Counted from the stretch's first letter, positions 24,190-37,949 are shown. The stretch: 64,000 nucleotides of DNA from Octopus vulgaris (GCA_951406725.2 OX597838.1:40300001-40364000), one strand, 5' to 3'. The notes: generated from the letters alone by a model not told the origin. Program-made: numbers and translations.

Positions 24190-24610
24190 TTACCTTTTGT
24201 TTCAGTTTTTGGACTGCAGCCATGCTGGAGCATGCCCTTGACAAGTTTAGTCCAACAAACCTACTAAAGGGCATATTTTTGAAGCCAGATACGTTTTCTA
24301 TCTGTTACCTTTGTCGAACCGCTATTTTATAGGGACGTTAAAAAACCAACACCGGTTATCAAGCAGTGGGGTGACATACATACAGACACACACAAACATA
24401 TACACACATATAAAACATATATACACACGCACATACTCACAAATATGTAAAACGGGTTTCTACTCAGTATCCAGTCACTAAATTCAGTCATAAAGCATTG
24501 GTCGACGCAGAGCTAAAAGCAGAAGAAACTTGCCCAAGATGTCGCGCAAAGAACTGAACTTCAAGTGACACAGTTGTAAAGTGAGCTTCTTTAATACACA
24601 GTTCTACCTG
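24190..24610 (-). mobile_element. Older diverged SINE family C
   Basis: GCCATGCTGGAGCA...GAACCGCTA...ACTTGCCCAAG. Confidence 0.7.
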
Positions 24611-25117
24611 TTTCCAAGTATTTTTGAATTCTTTCTAAAATAAAGCGATTTTATGAAATTTACGCTGATATCATAAATACAATGGTTTACGAAAAAATTT
24701 AATTCAAAAGACAATCAAATACTTGCCTTTCATAGCAGGCCTCATTAATTATATTCAAATCAGACAATCCGCTCAAACATTAGAGTCATTTGAATAGTGC
24801 TAACAAAATGAGTTCGTGGCCCCAGCTAAGCCCCAAATACTCCGCATTCGACTGATTAATGCTCACTCTCGTTAAGATCGTAATTAGTTTCTTAGCTTTA
24901 ATTAAAAAAACTCAGCTAGCTGCCAGGTCACCTCACAACTACACATAGTGTCTATCGTCATTTCATTTGTGTTTTCGCTTACTCACTGGACTCTGTTTGA
25001 AACTCGCTGCTAAAATCATTTACAGTCTTTCTTTCTTTTTTCTTTCTTTCTTTCTTCCATCCTTCCTTCCTTCCTTTCAACTTCAGACTTTTCGCTGCCA
25101 TATAATTTCCAAATATG

Positions 25118-25387
<270 letters not shown>

Positions 25388-25760
25388 TAGTTTCGCATAC
25401 TTCCTTAATTGTTCTCACGTAGAAGACCGCTCATCATTTTCTTCTGCACTTCTCTTCCCATCTTACCTCTTCGATCCTTAACTATTCATGGAATATACAA
25501 CAGTCTCCATACAAACGTCACTATACCGGGGCCCACCACACCGCATTCTGTCCAAAGATGAAAATGCTGATGACAACAATATGGCGAGGAAAATTAACAA
25601 TCTTTTTATAACAAAAAAAGGGCATCTGTGGAAGACCCTTATTTCTCACATTTGGGAAGCTGATCACGTTTCTATGTTTATTAGATTCTACGACCATTAA
25701 ATGATATCCAATCATCATTGTCGTCATCATTGTCATCGATATGAACAGCATCATCATCAT

Positions 25761-25793
<33 letters not shown>

Positions 25794-26221
25794 AATCATC
25801 ATCATCATCACCATCATCTCCTTCACTACCTTAACCGCCACCACCATTATCTTCATCATTATCATCGTCGTCATCATTTTCATAGGAACCATCTTATAAT
25901 AATTCTGCTTGTCACACAGATACTTAGCCCGTGCCTAAAGCTTCCACGTGATTAGTTGACGGGTAAGGAGGAAGTGAAGGGTGAGGAGGGGAATGGGAAG
26001 AATAGGAAGGGTGGGAGGGAGCGGAGGGGAGATAAGGAGAGAGAGAGAGAGAGGTAGTGGTGAGTGAAATGTGTTATGTCTTTTTGAAATATTTTTTCTC
26101 TCCCGTCTATATCGCTTTCACGTAATTAGCTGAAGGAAAAGGCGAAGAGTGAACGAATAAGGAGACAAAAAGAGGGTAAGGCGAACAGTGAGAGAGAAAG
26201 AGGGAGAGTGCTGTGTATTAA

Positions 26222-26445
26222 GTGGACATTGTTGTAGAGCTGAAAACGAGGCAATTTCTCCTCTTCTTCTCTGGAAGCCATCTACTCGCGATACCAGAGG
26301 GCGCACACTCTCCTTCCCTGATGTAATCTCCAGGGTTACAGGCATCCAGCAACAGGACCTCCGTAATGCTATGATAGACCGTGAAGTCTGGCGTAGCATG
26401 GTAAATTCCAATGTTTCGACCACGGTCGAATAATGATGATGATGA
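26222..26445 (+). mobile_element. RTE 3' fragment, same family as 12613-13001
   Basis: GHCCRAENEAISPLLLWKPSTRDTR...NVSTTVE* followed by (TGA)n. Confidence 0.85.
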
Positions 26446-26898
26446 AGTTTTAAGAAATGTGCATAAAGTATATAAAGTATATAAAGTAATCATCATATTC
26501 TAATTTCCTTCACTTTTCAATGACTGGTGCAGACCAGCGACCGTCTTTCCATACAGACACAACACAGTTTACGTTTGCAGATTTTCTGAATAAAATATTC
26601 ACAAATAATCCAATAATTTTACCATTAATTCCATAGTTCCGCTCGTTATATTATTATTAGTTCTGCTGGTGGTGGTGTATTTAACACGAGTTGTTCCAAG
26701 TCTCACCCAAGGATCTCAATTAATAGTAAGCTGAACGTTTTACTATGGGCATTATTTATGATTACGACTGATATATTGCAGAGAAAAGATTCTAAGAATT
26801 AAAATTATCTTGAATTTGTAATAATTCAATTTTGAAAGAGTTTTAAGACAATCAGATGTTTTTAGATTTACAGGTTTGTTTTTTCTTAGGATGTGGGT

Positions 26899-27504
26899 AA
26901 TACCTATTTCTTTACTACCCACAAGAGGCTAAACACAGAGAAGACAAACAAGGACAGACGAACGGATAAAGTTGATTATATTGACCCCAGTGCGTAACTG
27001 GTACGTATTTAATCGACCCCGAGAGGATGAAAGGCAAAGTCGACCTCGGCGGAATTTGAACTCAGAACGTAACAGCAGACGAAATACCTATTTCTTTACT
27101 ACCCACAAGAGGCTAAACACAGAGAAGACAAACAAGGACAGACGAACGGATAAAGTTGATTATATTGACCCCAGTGCGTAACTGGTACGTATTTAATCGA
27201 CCCCGAGAGGATGAAAGGCAAAGTCGACCTCGGCGGAATTTGAACTCAGAACGTAACAGCAGACGAAATACCTATTTCTTTACTACCCACAAGAGGCTAA
27301 ACACAGAGAGGACAAACAAGGACAGGCGAACGGATAAAGTGGATTATATCGACCCCAGTGCGTAACTGGTACGCATTTAATCGACCCCGAAAGGATGAAA
27401 GGCAAAGTCGACCTCGGCGGAATTTGAACTCGGAACGTAATGGCAGACGAAATACGGCTACGCATTTCGCTCGGCGTGCTAACGTTTCTGCCAGCTCGCC
27501 GCCT
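26899..27504 (-). mobile_element. SINE family B with its 3' 184 bp present in three tandem copies
   Basis: AATACCTATTTCTTTACTACCCACAAG at 26899, 27083 and 27267. Confidence 0.9.
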
Positions 27505-27739
27505 TCCATGTGGGTAATACCAATAGGTACAGCTCTTTTGTAGTTCTTGTACTTTTGGCAACAGTGTTGAAGAGTACCATTTAGCTTTGTTTTAAGAGAT
27601 CCAGTGATCCCAGGTTCCAAAGAAAGAAAACAAAATAAACATCAAATTTTTAACGCTGGTGAAAAAGAAAAAAAAAATTGAAATATTTATAAAAGAATGA
27701 CGTAACCAACCCCAAAATTACTGCATTCGAAAGCTTTTA

Positions 27740-27998
27740 TCTAAGCAGTGACAATAAATCCCAGCACTATTCTTGAGGAAGAGAGAACCTTCCTAAGTAG
27801 CCTAGATGTTCCTATCTTTATGGATAGTTCCCAATGCACCTATAACTACTGGGATGCAATTTGTTCGGACCTTCCATAGTCTCTGTAATTCAACTGCTAG
27901 GTTCTGGTACTTTGCTATTTTTTCTATACTTCTCATTTTAATTTTTTCATCATTTGGGACTGTAAAGTCAATTATCTGGCATCTTCTATTCACTTTAT

Positions 27999-28038
<40 letters not shown>

Positions 28039-28754
28039 AAAATGAACTACTAGCTTCTATTACTTTGTCAGTCTGAATGTTAAAGTCCCGCGACATCTGG
28101 TATTTCTTACTTTCTAGTGCTTTACTAGGTTCGTGCTCATACCATTAATTAGTATGTTCAAATCCTAGATTGTCATGTCTTTTCTTGTATTCTTTCTGTG
28201 CCAGCATGCTACATTCACTTACTATATGAGAAACGCTTTCCTTTTTTGATTTGTAAAATCTACATTAGGAATCTACTTGATTTTTGTCTATCTTGGCCTC
28301 TATCCAATTTGTCCTTAATGCTTGATCTTCTGCAACTACTAACAAACTTTCTGTCTCCCCTCTTCAGCGTTCCGTTCTGCAGTCACAACCATGTCTCACT
28401 ACTATTATTTGCTGAAACTATCTGTGGGAATCTACCATGCAAAGCCTTCTACTGTCGGTGAGATAATTTCTGTTATTTTTTCTGGTTAAGACAAGCAATG
28501 GGTTGGTAATTTTCTGGTTAAGACAAGCAGTGGGTTGGTAATTTTCTGGTTAAAACAAGCAATGGGTTGGTAATTGCCTGCCTCATTGCCCTTTGACCGA
28601 CCTTTCATTAACGGGCGAGAGACCTTCACAAGCTGTTCCAGCCTTATTCACGCAGATCCCATTTCTCTTTTTATTTGACATTTCAGCACTCATGATGAGG
28701 GCTAATGAAATTTAGGTTGCACAACCATCAGGATTTTCTATTTATTCTTTTATG

Positions 28755-28758
<4 letters not shown>
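27740..28758 (-). mobile_element. Heavily deleted R4/Dong-type REL retrotransposon abutting (TAA)n
   Basis: IIDFTVPND...KIAKYQNLAVELQRLW...IPVVIGALG. 28548-28611 matches 59088-59151 (YRPIACL region). (TAT)n at 28759-28833. Confidence 0.75.
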
Positions 28759-28833
<75 letters not shown>

Positions 28834-29211
28834 CGTTCTCTTGATCGTCTGCAACATCCTATAAGCAGTCACCTCGAAGCCCCAGTGCAATTTGTACTAA
28901 TTATATACAGGACTTCACTCATCTCAATGTTTAGTAGTGAATTTGCATGAGACTATTGGAGAACATGTTGGCTATTAGCGACAAACAGAATTTCCTTCAA
29001 TGGCTGAACGATATGTTATCTGTCTTCATAACATATTGCTTGGTGTGCGTCTAGGGATGCTGAAGTGAGTCATATCACTTTATGGAGTCTGATTTTACTA
29101 ACGCAACATATTCGGAAATATTGTCAATTGTTTGCTTGCTCTCGTTATATTTATGCCATTTTATTGTTCTTGTTTAATTAAGATGTTTACTTCCTATCTG
29201 TCTATCTATCG

Positions 29212-29256
<45 letters not shown>

Positions 29257-29269
29257 AATGCATATGTAT

Positions 29270-29597
29270 ATTCATACACACAAACACACATATTCACACA
29301 CACAGACACACATATTCACACACACAAATTCACACACACAGACACAGGCACACATATTCGCACACACACACACGCACACACACATATCGCCAATTTATTT
29401 GTTGGTTATGTCAAGGCCCAAATCTCTTCTCAATTCTCCGGACCTACCCCAGAGCTATCCGGTCGGTACATTGACGACTGCATCAGTACTACTTCTCTCT
29501 CCCGAGAACAACTTACTACCTTAATTTTTTTCCTTTCTACCTTTAATCCCTCCCTCGAGTTCACCTATCATCTCCGACACTTTGTTAACTTTCTGGA

Positions 29598-29644
<47 letters not shown>

Positions 29645-30310
29645 CTCACAATACATTCGCCCACTCTCTCACCACTTCCGTCTTCGCCAGATCTACTTAC
29701 TCCCATCTCTACCTCAACATTTGATTACAGAAATGGTCATATAACGGACGTATTCTATCTCTGAAATGAATTCTCTCTTATCCCGTCAGTATCCTTACTG
29801 ACTATCGAGCTTCTGTCACGCAACATTGATGCAATGGGGACACTCAAGTCATGCGATCACAAATTGTTTTATGTGCCTGTGTAGTTATGAGCAATCATGA
29901 TCACTCTCTTGGTCCCAATCACGCTTGATCAAGCTTTACATGTAACAACTGGAGAAAAAATATGAGAGCGAGAAAGAGAGAGAGAGAGAAAGGACTGCAT
30001 CAGTACCCGACTTGTATTCATTTACAGCTCAGTAAATTAGAGCAACGTGAAATGAAGTGCCTTGCTCAAGATCGTAACATATTCACACACACAGACACAG
30101 GCACACACACACACACATATCGCCAACTTATTTGTTGGTTATGTCAAGGCATCAGCGCTACTTCTCTCTCTCTCGTGAACAACTTACTACCTTCATTTTT
30201 TTCCCTTTCTACCTTTAATCCCTCCCTCGAGTTCACCTATCATCTCCGACAAACTGTACATTCTAATCCCATTATCCTTGTTTTGTTAAACCGTCTCTTT
30301 ACGTTCTGGG
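29270..30310 (+). repeat. Dispersed partial duplication (~29330-29590 vs ~30077-30310)
   Basis: CATATCGCCAA..TTATTTGTTGGTTATGTCAAGGC and AACAACTTACTACCTT...CATCTCCGACA are shared. Confidence 0.75.
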
Positions 30311-31148
30311 GTCAAATCCAGCGAGGTCAGCTTTACCTTTCTGCCTTTCGGAATCGATAAAATAATGTACTGAAGTTGATACCCTCGACTAAGCCCTTCC
30401 CCTTGTACCTAAATCAGAATCTGTAAAACGAGCGGGTGGAATCACCAGACTGTTGGGGGAAAAAATGCTCAATACCTTTTCTTGAATTTCTTCCGTTTGT
30501 GTTTTTTGTTTTGAGTTTAAATCCTGCTGAAACCAGCTTAGCCTTTCATCTTTTCGGGATCGATAAAATATAATTAAATAAAGTATCAGTAATGGGGTCA
30601 AAAGCATCGACGAAACCTATCCTCCCAAAATTGTTGGCCTTGTACCGAGTTTAAAAATTAGTTCTGTCCTTATTGTTTTTGGAGTTATTGATGCTGGTGA
30701 TTTTGTTGTTGTTGTTGTTGTTAGTGGATATCATAGAAACAATGTGTTTTGGAAGCCGTTCCTCTTTGAACTTGTTACAATATTTGATTATCTGAAGTAA
30801 ATTATTATTTTGTTTTTTGTTCATTTACTGTTCTTTTATGGAAGGTGAAGGGGGACACGGAGGAGGGACCAGAAATTTTGTCTTTCTTATTGCCTACTGG
30901 TATAAAGAAGGGGGTGGTGGACAGGTTAGGTGGGGAATGTTCTTATATTTTAATTGGTTTTGTGATAGATCAAGGAGCGTAGAGTGGTGATGGTGGGAGA
31001 TGTGTCCAATAATGTGAGTAGCAATACATTCCCTCCTTCCGTCTATCGCATTCCCACTTTCTCGTTCTCTCTTTAATTTGAAACAAGGGAGTAGAGGAAA
31101 CAACCAAAGCAAATACAGTTTTAAAGACTCTCATTTTAATAATATCAG

Positions 31149-31535
31149 GAATGGATGGAAGCACTCCGTCGGTTACGACGACGAGGGTTCCGGTTGATCC
31201 GAATCAACGGAACAGCCTGCTCGTGAAATTAACGTGTAAGTGACTGAGCACCCCACAGACACGTGTACCCTTAACGTAGTTCTCGGGGATATTCAGCGTG
31301 ACACAGAGAGTGACAAGGCCGGTCCTTTGAAATACAGGTACAACAGAAACAGGAAGTAAGAGTGAGAGAAAGTTGTGGTGAAAGAGTACAGCAGGGCTCA
31401 CCACCATCCCCTGCCGGAGCCTCGTGGAGCTTTAGGTGTTTTCGCTCAATAAACACTCACAACGCCCGGTCTGGGAATCGAAACCGCGATCCTATGACCG
31501 CGAGTCCGCTGCCCTAACCACTGGGCCATTGCGCC
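31149..31535 (-). mobile_element. SINE family A, full length, with a non-RTE tail
   Basis: Same head and body as 1-171 and 330-455, but a different 3' half. Confidence 0.88.
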
Positions 31536-33093
31536 TAACAACACACACACACACACACATACATTCATATACAGTACGACATAGCATCGATAACAACAAC
31601 AGTAGCACCAAATAAACAACAACGATAAAAATATAAAAACCGACGAGGACTGAACGAATGGAGCCTTTATGTGGTCACTCGGTCTGCTACAACCAGCGAC
31701 CAAATATCTCTCAAAAAGGAGGTTGACACACATCAGCTCCATAGTATTTCTAGATGCCCCTAAAACGATGGAAAGGATCTTAATTTGAATCATGTCTGAT
31801 GAAAGACCTGCTCGGTCCGGTATGTCTCGGAGTTAAAGAACAACGACAATGCCAATGCTAACAAGGAGAGCACATTCTTGTGTGGAATTCAAAAGAAGCG
31901 TCCCATGAGCTCATTATAAGGCTGGTAGTCATGGTTGGATTAATACATTTAACAATTTTTTCACTTTTCAAAACAAGAAAAAAAAAACAATATTTAGAAG
32001 TCTACTTCAATCTATAATTGCTTGTTTGTGAGACAGGGACAGAAAAAATTAAAACAGATTTCTTAAACTTCGATAGAAGATCCGTTGGCGTGAACAACAC
32101 CAGGACTCTACAAAGCAATTATCTCAAATATTTGAATCTTTGAGGCCATAAAACTTTGGCGTCTTTTCAGGAACTGTTAAAGTAAAACAGATTTAGGAGC
32201 GCTTTGTTTCCTTTTCTCACACGACTTAAACAAAAAGACTTGTTAAGATGCCTGACTTAAGTGCACGTCTCTTAGGTTCTTAAAGCAGAGTCGTTTGTTC
32301 AGTGACCTGTCTATATTTGCTTTGGAAATCTTTGACCTCAAACAAAACTTCTATCTTGTATAGTCTTTACATATTTCTGGTTGACAATATGCACAAAATA
32401 GGCCATGTTTCAGCAAGGCCTAGTTTTCAAATGACAGAAAGAAAAAAATTATGGATTCAGATGCCAAAAACATTGGTCCAAAAACATATGAATAGAGGCT
32501 CACTCTCAAGTTCCCGTGTCTGAATGTACACCAAAAGGTTATAGACATTCAAAATTCTTCATAGCTGTTTGTGTGAAACTGGAATGGCATCTTAAAAGCA
32601 GGCTTTATGGTATTGGCATAAGAAGGGAGAGAGCGTAAATGCTTAATGAATATGCTCAGACACATTTCCTTACTATATGACAGATATTGAATAGATTTCC
32701 CGGATGTACAGATGAGGATTTTGGTCATTCCAGGTCATAAATTGAACTTTCATTGGATTATAGCAATATCGATCTGCGACACGTCATGCAATGTTCTTAT
32801 TATTTATATATATTGAGTGAAGCATACAAGGTATATTAAAATGAAGTTACAATTGATACCACGAATAGAACAAAATTCGTTGCGTTTAAATTAAATCCTT
32901 TCATCTATCTATCTGTCTGTCTTTTTGTTTGTCTGTCTGCCTGTGTCTACCCATCTACGTATCTATCTACCTATCCATCCATCCATCTATATATATGTCA
33001 CTGTCTGTCAATAAATCAGTCTATCTATTTATCGATCGATTTATGAGTCTATCTGTCTGTCTGTCTCTCTCTCTCTGTCTCTCTCTCTCTCTC

Positions 33094-33146
<53 letters not shown>

Positions 33147-33227
33147 ACCTACCTACCAACCTATCTGTCTGTTTATCTATCTGTCTATCAATCTGTTTGT
33201 CTGTTAATCTGTCAACAATTAATCAGT

Positions 33228-33290
<63 letters not shown>

Positions 33291-33464
33291 CCTATCTCTG
33301 TCTATCTATCTACCTATCTCTGTCTATCTATCTACCTATCTCTGTCTATCTATCTATCTATCTATCTATCTACCTATCTCTATCTATCTGTCTGTCTGTT
33401 TGTATATCTATCTATCTTTCTATCTATCTATCTACCTATTTATCTATCTGTCTATCTATCTGTA

Positions 33465-33566
<102 letters not shown>

Positions 33567-34063
33567 CCTATCTCTGTCTATCTATCTATCTGCTTACATT
33601 CACATGCATATACAATGTTTATAGTAATAAGGCAGTGATTTCATGATTTATTCGTTACGTGCACGAAGAATATAAAATAAGAACAACTAGCAGTATACAT
33701 ACATATACATATGTGTGTGCATGCGTGTGTCTGTGGGAGAGGGTGTATGTGTGTGTGTAAGTGTGTGTGTGCATGTGTGTGTGTGTTTCATGTGTATGGA
33801 ACTGAGACAGTACTTACAAACACAGTACCAATTAATCAGTAACTTCTATACCAACCGTGTGTATATATTAAACATGATACAATGTATATAAATATTCATG
33901 TATATATGTATCACATATCCCTATGCACACGCAGGAACTGCCCTTGTCTTGTATTGATGCTTGTCTCTGTGATGTCTGGTGCAATTTATATATTAAGGTA
34001 TGAAAAGGAAAAGAGAAAGACCTACAGTCGCATTTGTTTGTTTTTATCTTTGTGATTAACGTG

Positions 34064-34105
<42 letters not shown>

Positions 34106-34324
34106 CCGTGTACATGAGCACATACGCTCATAGATGTATACAACAGCTCGTGCAGGTGCGTGTATGTGCATATTTCTTCGTTTATATTTATGTGAAGTGA
34201 CTATCCCTCCACTCTCTGTACATATATATATATATATATAATTAATATAGGATAAAATTTTTTTCGGGAAAAATTTTTTATCAATGGCCAGCATATCAAA
34301 AAATGCCTTTAAAGGTAAAATTTA

Positions 34325-34845
34325 TACATAATTTACAAGATAAGGGCAGAAGAAAAATTCTAATGCCAAATATGCCGAAACAAAAATGTTGTCGATAACC
34401 ATTAAAATTTATGCGTCTCGAAACAAACCGATAGAAATCTCAAAAAATTCGTTATTAAACTTTAATTTTAGTGAGAAAATCAACACTGGAGTATCGTGCT
34501 TCGTTCAAATATAATTAATCAGAAGCAACATATAATTACGCCTGCACTTGCTGAAAAACAAATATGTCACTCAACACGTGTTATGACTGACAGACTAATC
34601 TTCAAAATTACAGCTTAGGACGAGATATTCTCCACATTTCAGCATCTATCATGCTCTTGGAATTCTAAGTAAGGGAAATGTAGTAATATGTATCTGATAG
34701 ATTAGCAGAAATATATATCTTCTATACAGACGTAGGAGAAATATGTATCTTCTATACAGGCGTAGGAGAAATATGTATAAATTTTAATGGCATATTTGGC
34801 ATTAGAATTTTTCTTCTGCCCTTATCTTGTAAATTATATATATAT
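34325..34845. repeat. ~50-bp inverted arms enclosing a ~312-bp copy of 36080-36391
   Basis: ATAATTTACAAGATAAGGG...ATATGCC mirrored at ~34789-34838. 34457-34768 is a direct copy of 36080-36391. Confidence 0.85.
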
Positions 34846-34968
34846 ATATACGTTTATATATTTGTTTTGCAAGAATTTTTATGTGAAGTCGTGTATTGAA
34901 ACAGATATTATTATATTTCGGAATGTTATTTTGCCAGTTTAGCCAATAAAAACACACGCACTATATAT
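34846..34968 (-). mobile_element. Solo fragment of the pLTR of the PLE family at 49654-53485
   Basis: Diverged reverse complement of ~53366-53490. Confidence 0.8.
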
Positions 34969-35126
34969 ACCAATATGTAAATGCATATATGTGTGTATAT
35001 CTATATTTATATATACATATATATGTATATAGATGTGTTCACACATTCATCACACACATATTCAAGTGCATTTATATGAAAGTGTGTGTGTGTGTGTGTG
35101 TGTTTAATTCAACTTCTTTCACCCAG

Positions 35127-35258
35127 GGAATGTTGGGACACGGCTTTTTTCGACGACCCGACAATGCGACAGGTTGTACTGGATTGCATGTTACCAATAG
35201 CACTGAAGAGCGACCTGACATCGCAAACATCCATATATAGATACACTCGCAAAATTAT
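35127..35258 (+). CDS. Predicted coding exon 6 (phase 2>2): ECWDTAFFDDPTMRQVVLDCMLPIALKSDLTSQTSIYRYTRKI
   Basis: cttctttcacccag acceptor, gtatgt donor, 132 nt open frame. Confidence 0.7.
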
Positions 35259-35917
35259 GTATGTATGACATTGTTCAGTTTTATTTCACGACTTTTTGCC
35301 AACAGAGAAAAAACCCGCATGTATGTATGTATGTATGTATGTGTGTATGTATGTATGTATGTATGTATGTATGTATGTATGTATGTATGTATGTATGTAT
35401 CACGTATGAATGTATGCCTGCATGCATTCTTTTGTTTTTAATTATCTAAATTCTTCTAAGAAAGGAGTTCGTTTCTAGCAAATATGCTATCCTTAATCTT
35501 TGGATAACAAAAACAATGTCACTTTTTAAACTTGTAAAGAGTCTTGCATATTTTTAGTGCTCCACTTACAGATTATATTTATAATCTGTAACCAATTAGT
35601 CGGTTGATTTCTTTTCTTGAAAATCCTAGATAATCCAGATTGTCAGATATTTACTCATAAAACAAGTGCACTAATTATTATTGGTATAAATGGGGATTAT
35701 ATGGATACAGGCAGTTGTCCATAGTTATCCTATTTCTCTTTAATTTTTGTATGAATGCATGTATGTGTGTCTTATTACAATTTTTTAATGATTTTTAAGT
35801 TTCATGCTAAATAGAATATTTTCAGCTGGATGCGATATGAAAAGTGGCTTAACATGAAACTGTTACTTTCGTTTAGAATCCTTTACACTTGACAGCATGT
35901 TGTCAAGTTGCGTTTAG

Positions 35918-35969
35918 GCATGTGCATAAAGAAACGTCACTTGAAGAGGCTGTGTCGAGTATTTTGCAG
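35918..35969 (+). CDS. Predicted coding exon 7 (phase 2>0): HVHKETSLEEAVSSILQ
   Basis: tttag acceptor and CAG|gtcaga donor. Confidence 0.55.
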
Positions 35970-36017
35970 GTCAGATAGTTGTATCACATTATATTTTGTG
36001 CGACTTATTATTTCCAG

Positions 36018-36035
36018 CTGGTCGAAAAAGCGTAG
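36018..36035 (+). CDS. Predicted last coding micro-exon LVEKA*
   Basis: ttatttccag acceptor. The TAG stop is followed directly by a gtaagt donor. The preceding intron is only 48 nt. Confidence 0.4.
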   Translation: MVEKA

Positions 36036-36382
36036 GTAAGTTAGTGTGTGAAGTGAAAATCTTAAATGTCAAGCTTTCTTAAACTTTAATTTTAGTGAGA
36101 AAATCAACAGTGGTGTATCGTGCTTCGTTCAAATATAATTAATCAGAAGCAACATATAATTACGCCTGCACTTGCTGAAAAACAAATATGTCACTCAACA
36201 CGTGTTATGATTGACAGACTAATCTTCAAAATTACAGCTTAGGACGAGATATTCTCCACATTTCAGCATCTATCATGCGCTTGGAATTCTAAGTAAGGGA
36301 AATGTAGTAATATGTATCTGATAGATTAGCAGAAATATATATCTTCTATACAGACGTAGGAGAAATATGTATCTTCTATACA

Positions 36383-36813
36383 GGCGTAGGAGTGGCTCTG
36401 TGGTAAGTAGCTTGCGTACGAACCACATGGTTCCGGGTTCAGTCCCACTGCGTGGCACCTTGGGCAAGTGTCTTCTGCTATAGCCTCGGGCCGAACAAAG
36501 CCTTGTGAGTGGATTTGGTACACGGAAACTGAAAGAAGCCCGCCGTATATATGTATATATATATATATATGTATGTATGTGTGTATGTCTGTGTGTCTGT
36601 GCTTGTCCCCCCCCCCCAACATCGCTTGACAACCGATGCTGGTGTGTTTACGTCTCCCTAACTTAGCGGTTCGGCAAAAGAGAGACCGAGAGAATAAGTA
36701 CTAGGATTACAACAGAATAAGTCCTGGGGTCGATTCGTTCGACTAAAGGCGGTGCTCCAGCATGGCCACAGTCAAATGAGTGAAACAAGTAAAAGAGTAA
36801 AAGAGTAAAAGAA
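36383..36813 (+). mobile_element. SINE family C
   Basis: Full length with (GTAAAAGA)n tail. Confidence 0.9.
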
Positions 36814-37207
36814 TGTACTACAAATTTTAGAAGTGAAACCAATTACAAATATTCATATCTCTACGCAGAAACGAGCGCGAGCACTTACATATACATTCCT
36901 GTAAACATAGGCACACATATAACTCAGCAGTATCTGTTTTTTCATAAAATAATAGATCCAAACATAAATCTTGGCTTATAAATATTTAAAAGAAACATTT
37001 AGAAAATGGATATGTCGCATTAATATAGTTAAATATTTATTAGTTAGGTATCTGTCAGGAGGAGTGGGGTTATTAGTAGTGTAGCTATGGGATTAAAGGG
37101 GTACGTAGAAGTGATCTAGTGAGAGAGATAAAGAAATATTACTATTGAAGTGAACAAAGTAGTTAATTAAAATTTTGAAGGTACTTATATGTCTATGTGG
37201 ATATATG

Positions 37208-37760
37208 TCAGGTCACTTTCGAGTATTACTGGTAACATGTAACCCAGTACAACCAGTTGCATAGTCGGGTCGTCGGCGACTAAACCGGCAACCCCACTAA
37301 GCTTGCTTGGTGAGGGGGATGTTCATTGGACACCCTCCGGGATGAAAAACAAAACCCGTCAAAGGGCGGAGGAACTCTTGAGAGTCAACGGCCATCCAAT
37401 AAATGTCTTAAAGCTGTATCATGCGCGGGGACATAAAAATAATCGGACTGAATACCCGATCGCGCGGTTAAACCATTGGGAGTGAAGGACTCCTAGCCTT
37501 TGTTAGGGCATCCTTCTAGGAGAAGGTAACTCAGGTAACTGGGATAACTCCGACATAAAACCTGCGGATCAGTGGTTACCGATGATGTTGACTTGTTCTT
37601 CTTTTCGGATTATGGCTGCTGCTGCTGCTTAGTGAGTGGGATTGACTCAGTGCACAGCCTTTCCTCACTTAAAAAAATCTTCTTGCACAGGCATTGCACG
37701 ATAGCAACATTGATTAAGCCTCGTGCAATGGCCATACTCGATAACGAGGGGGCAGCCACC
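37208..37760 (+). mobile_element. RTE-like 5' UTR-only insertion
   Basis: CTAGGAGAAGGTAACTC resembles an RTE 5' UTR motif. Flanked by ATGTGGATATATG and ATGTGAATATATG. Confidence 0.55.
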
Positions 37761-37949
37761 ATGTGAATATATGAAATGCTTTTTTTGTTTCAAGGATTCA
37801 ATAGGGTAATCCAGGACGAAATATTATAAATTATGGTTTATAATCATTAAAAATGAAATTAAGAAAAAGGAGATATAGTAATTTCTATTTAAGGGACCAG
37901 AATATTTGGTTAACATTTGGGAGATACTGATATTTCTGCGTTAATATAT

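Noticed and set aside
25701-25955. His-rich ORF
   Set aside because: (CAT)n microsatellite with no splice or domain support.
31950-32880. Possible decayed retroelement or exon
   Set aside because: No diagnostic motif was recognised and there are frequent stops.
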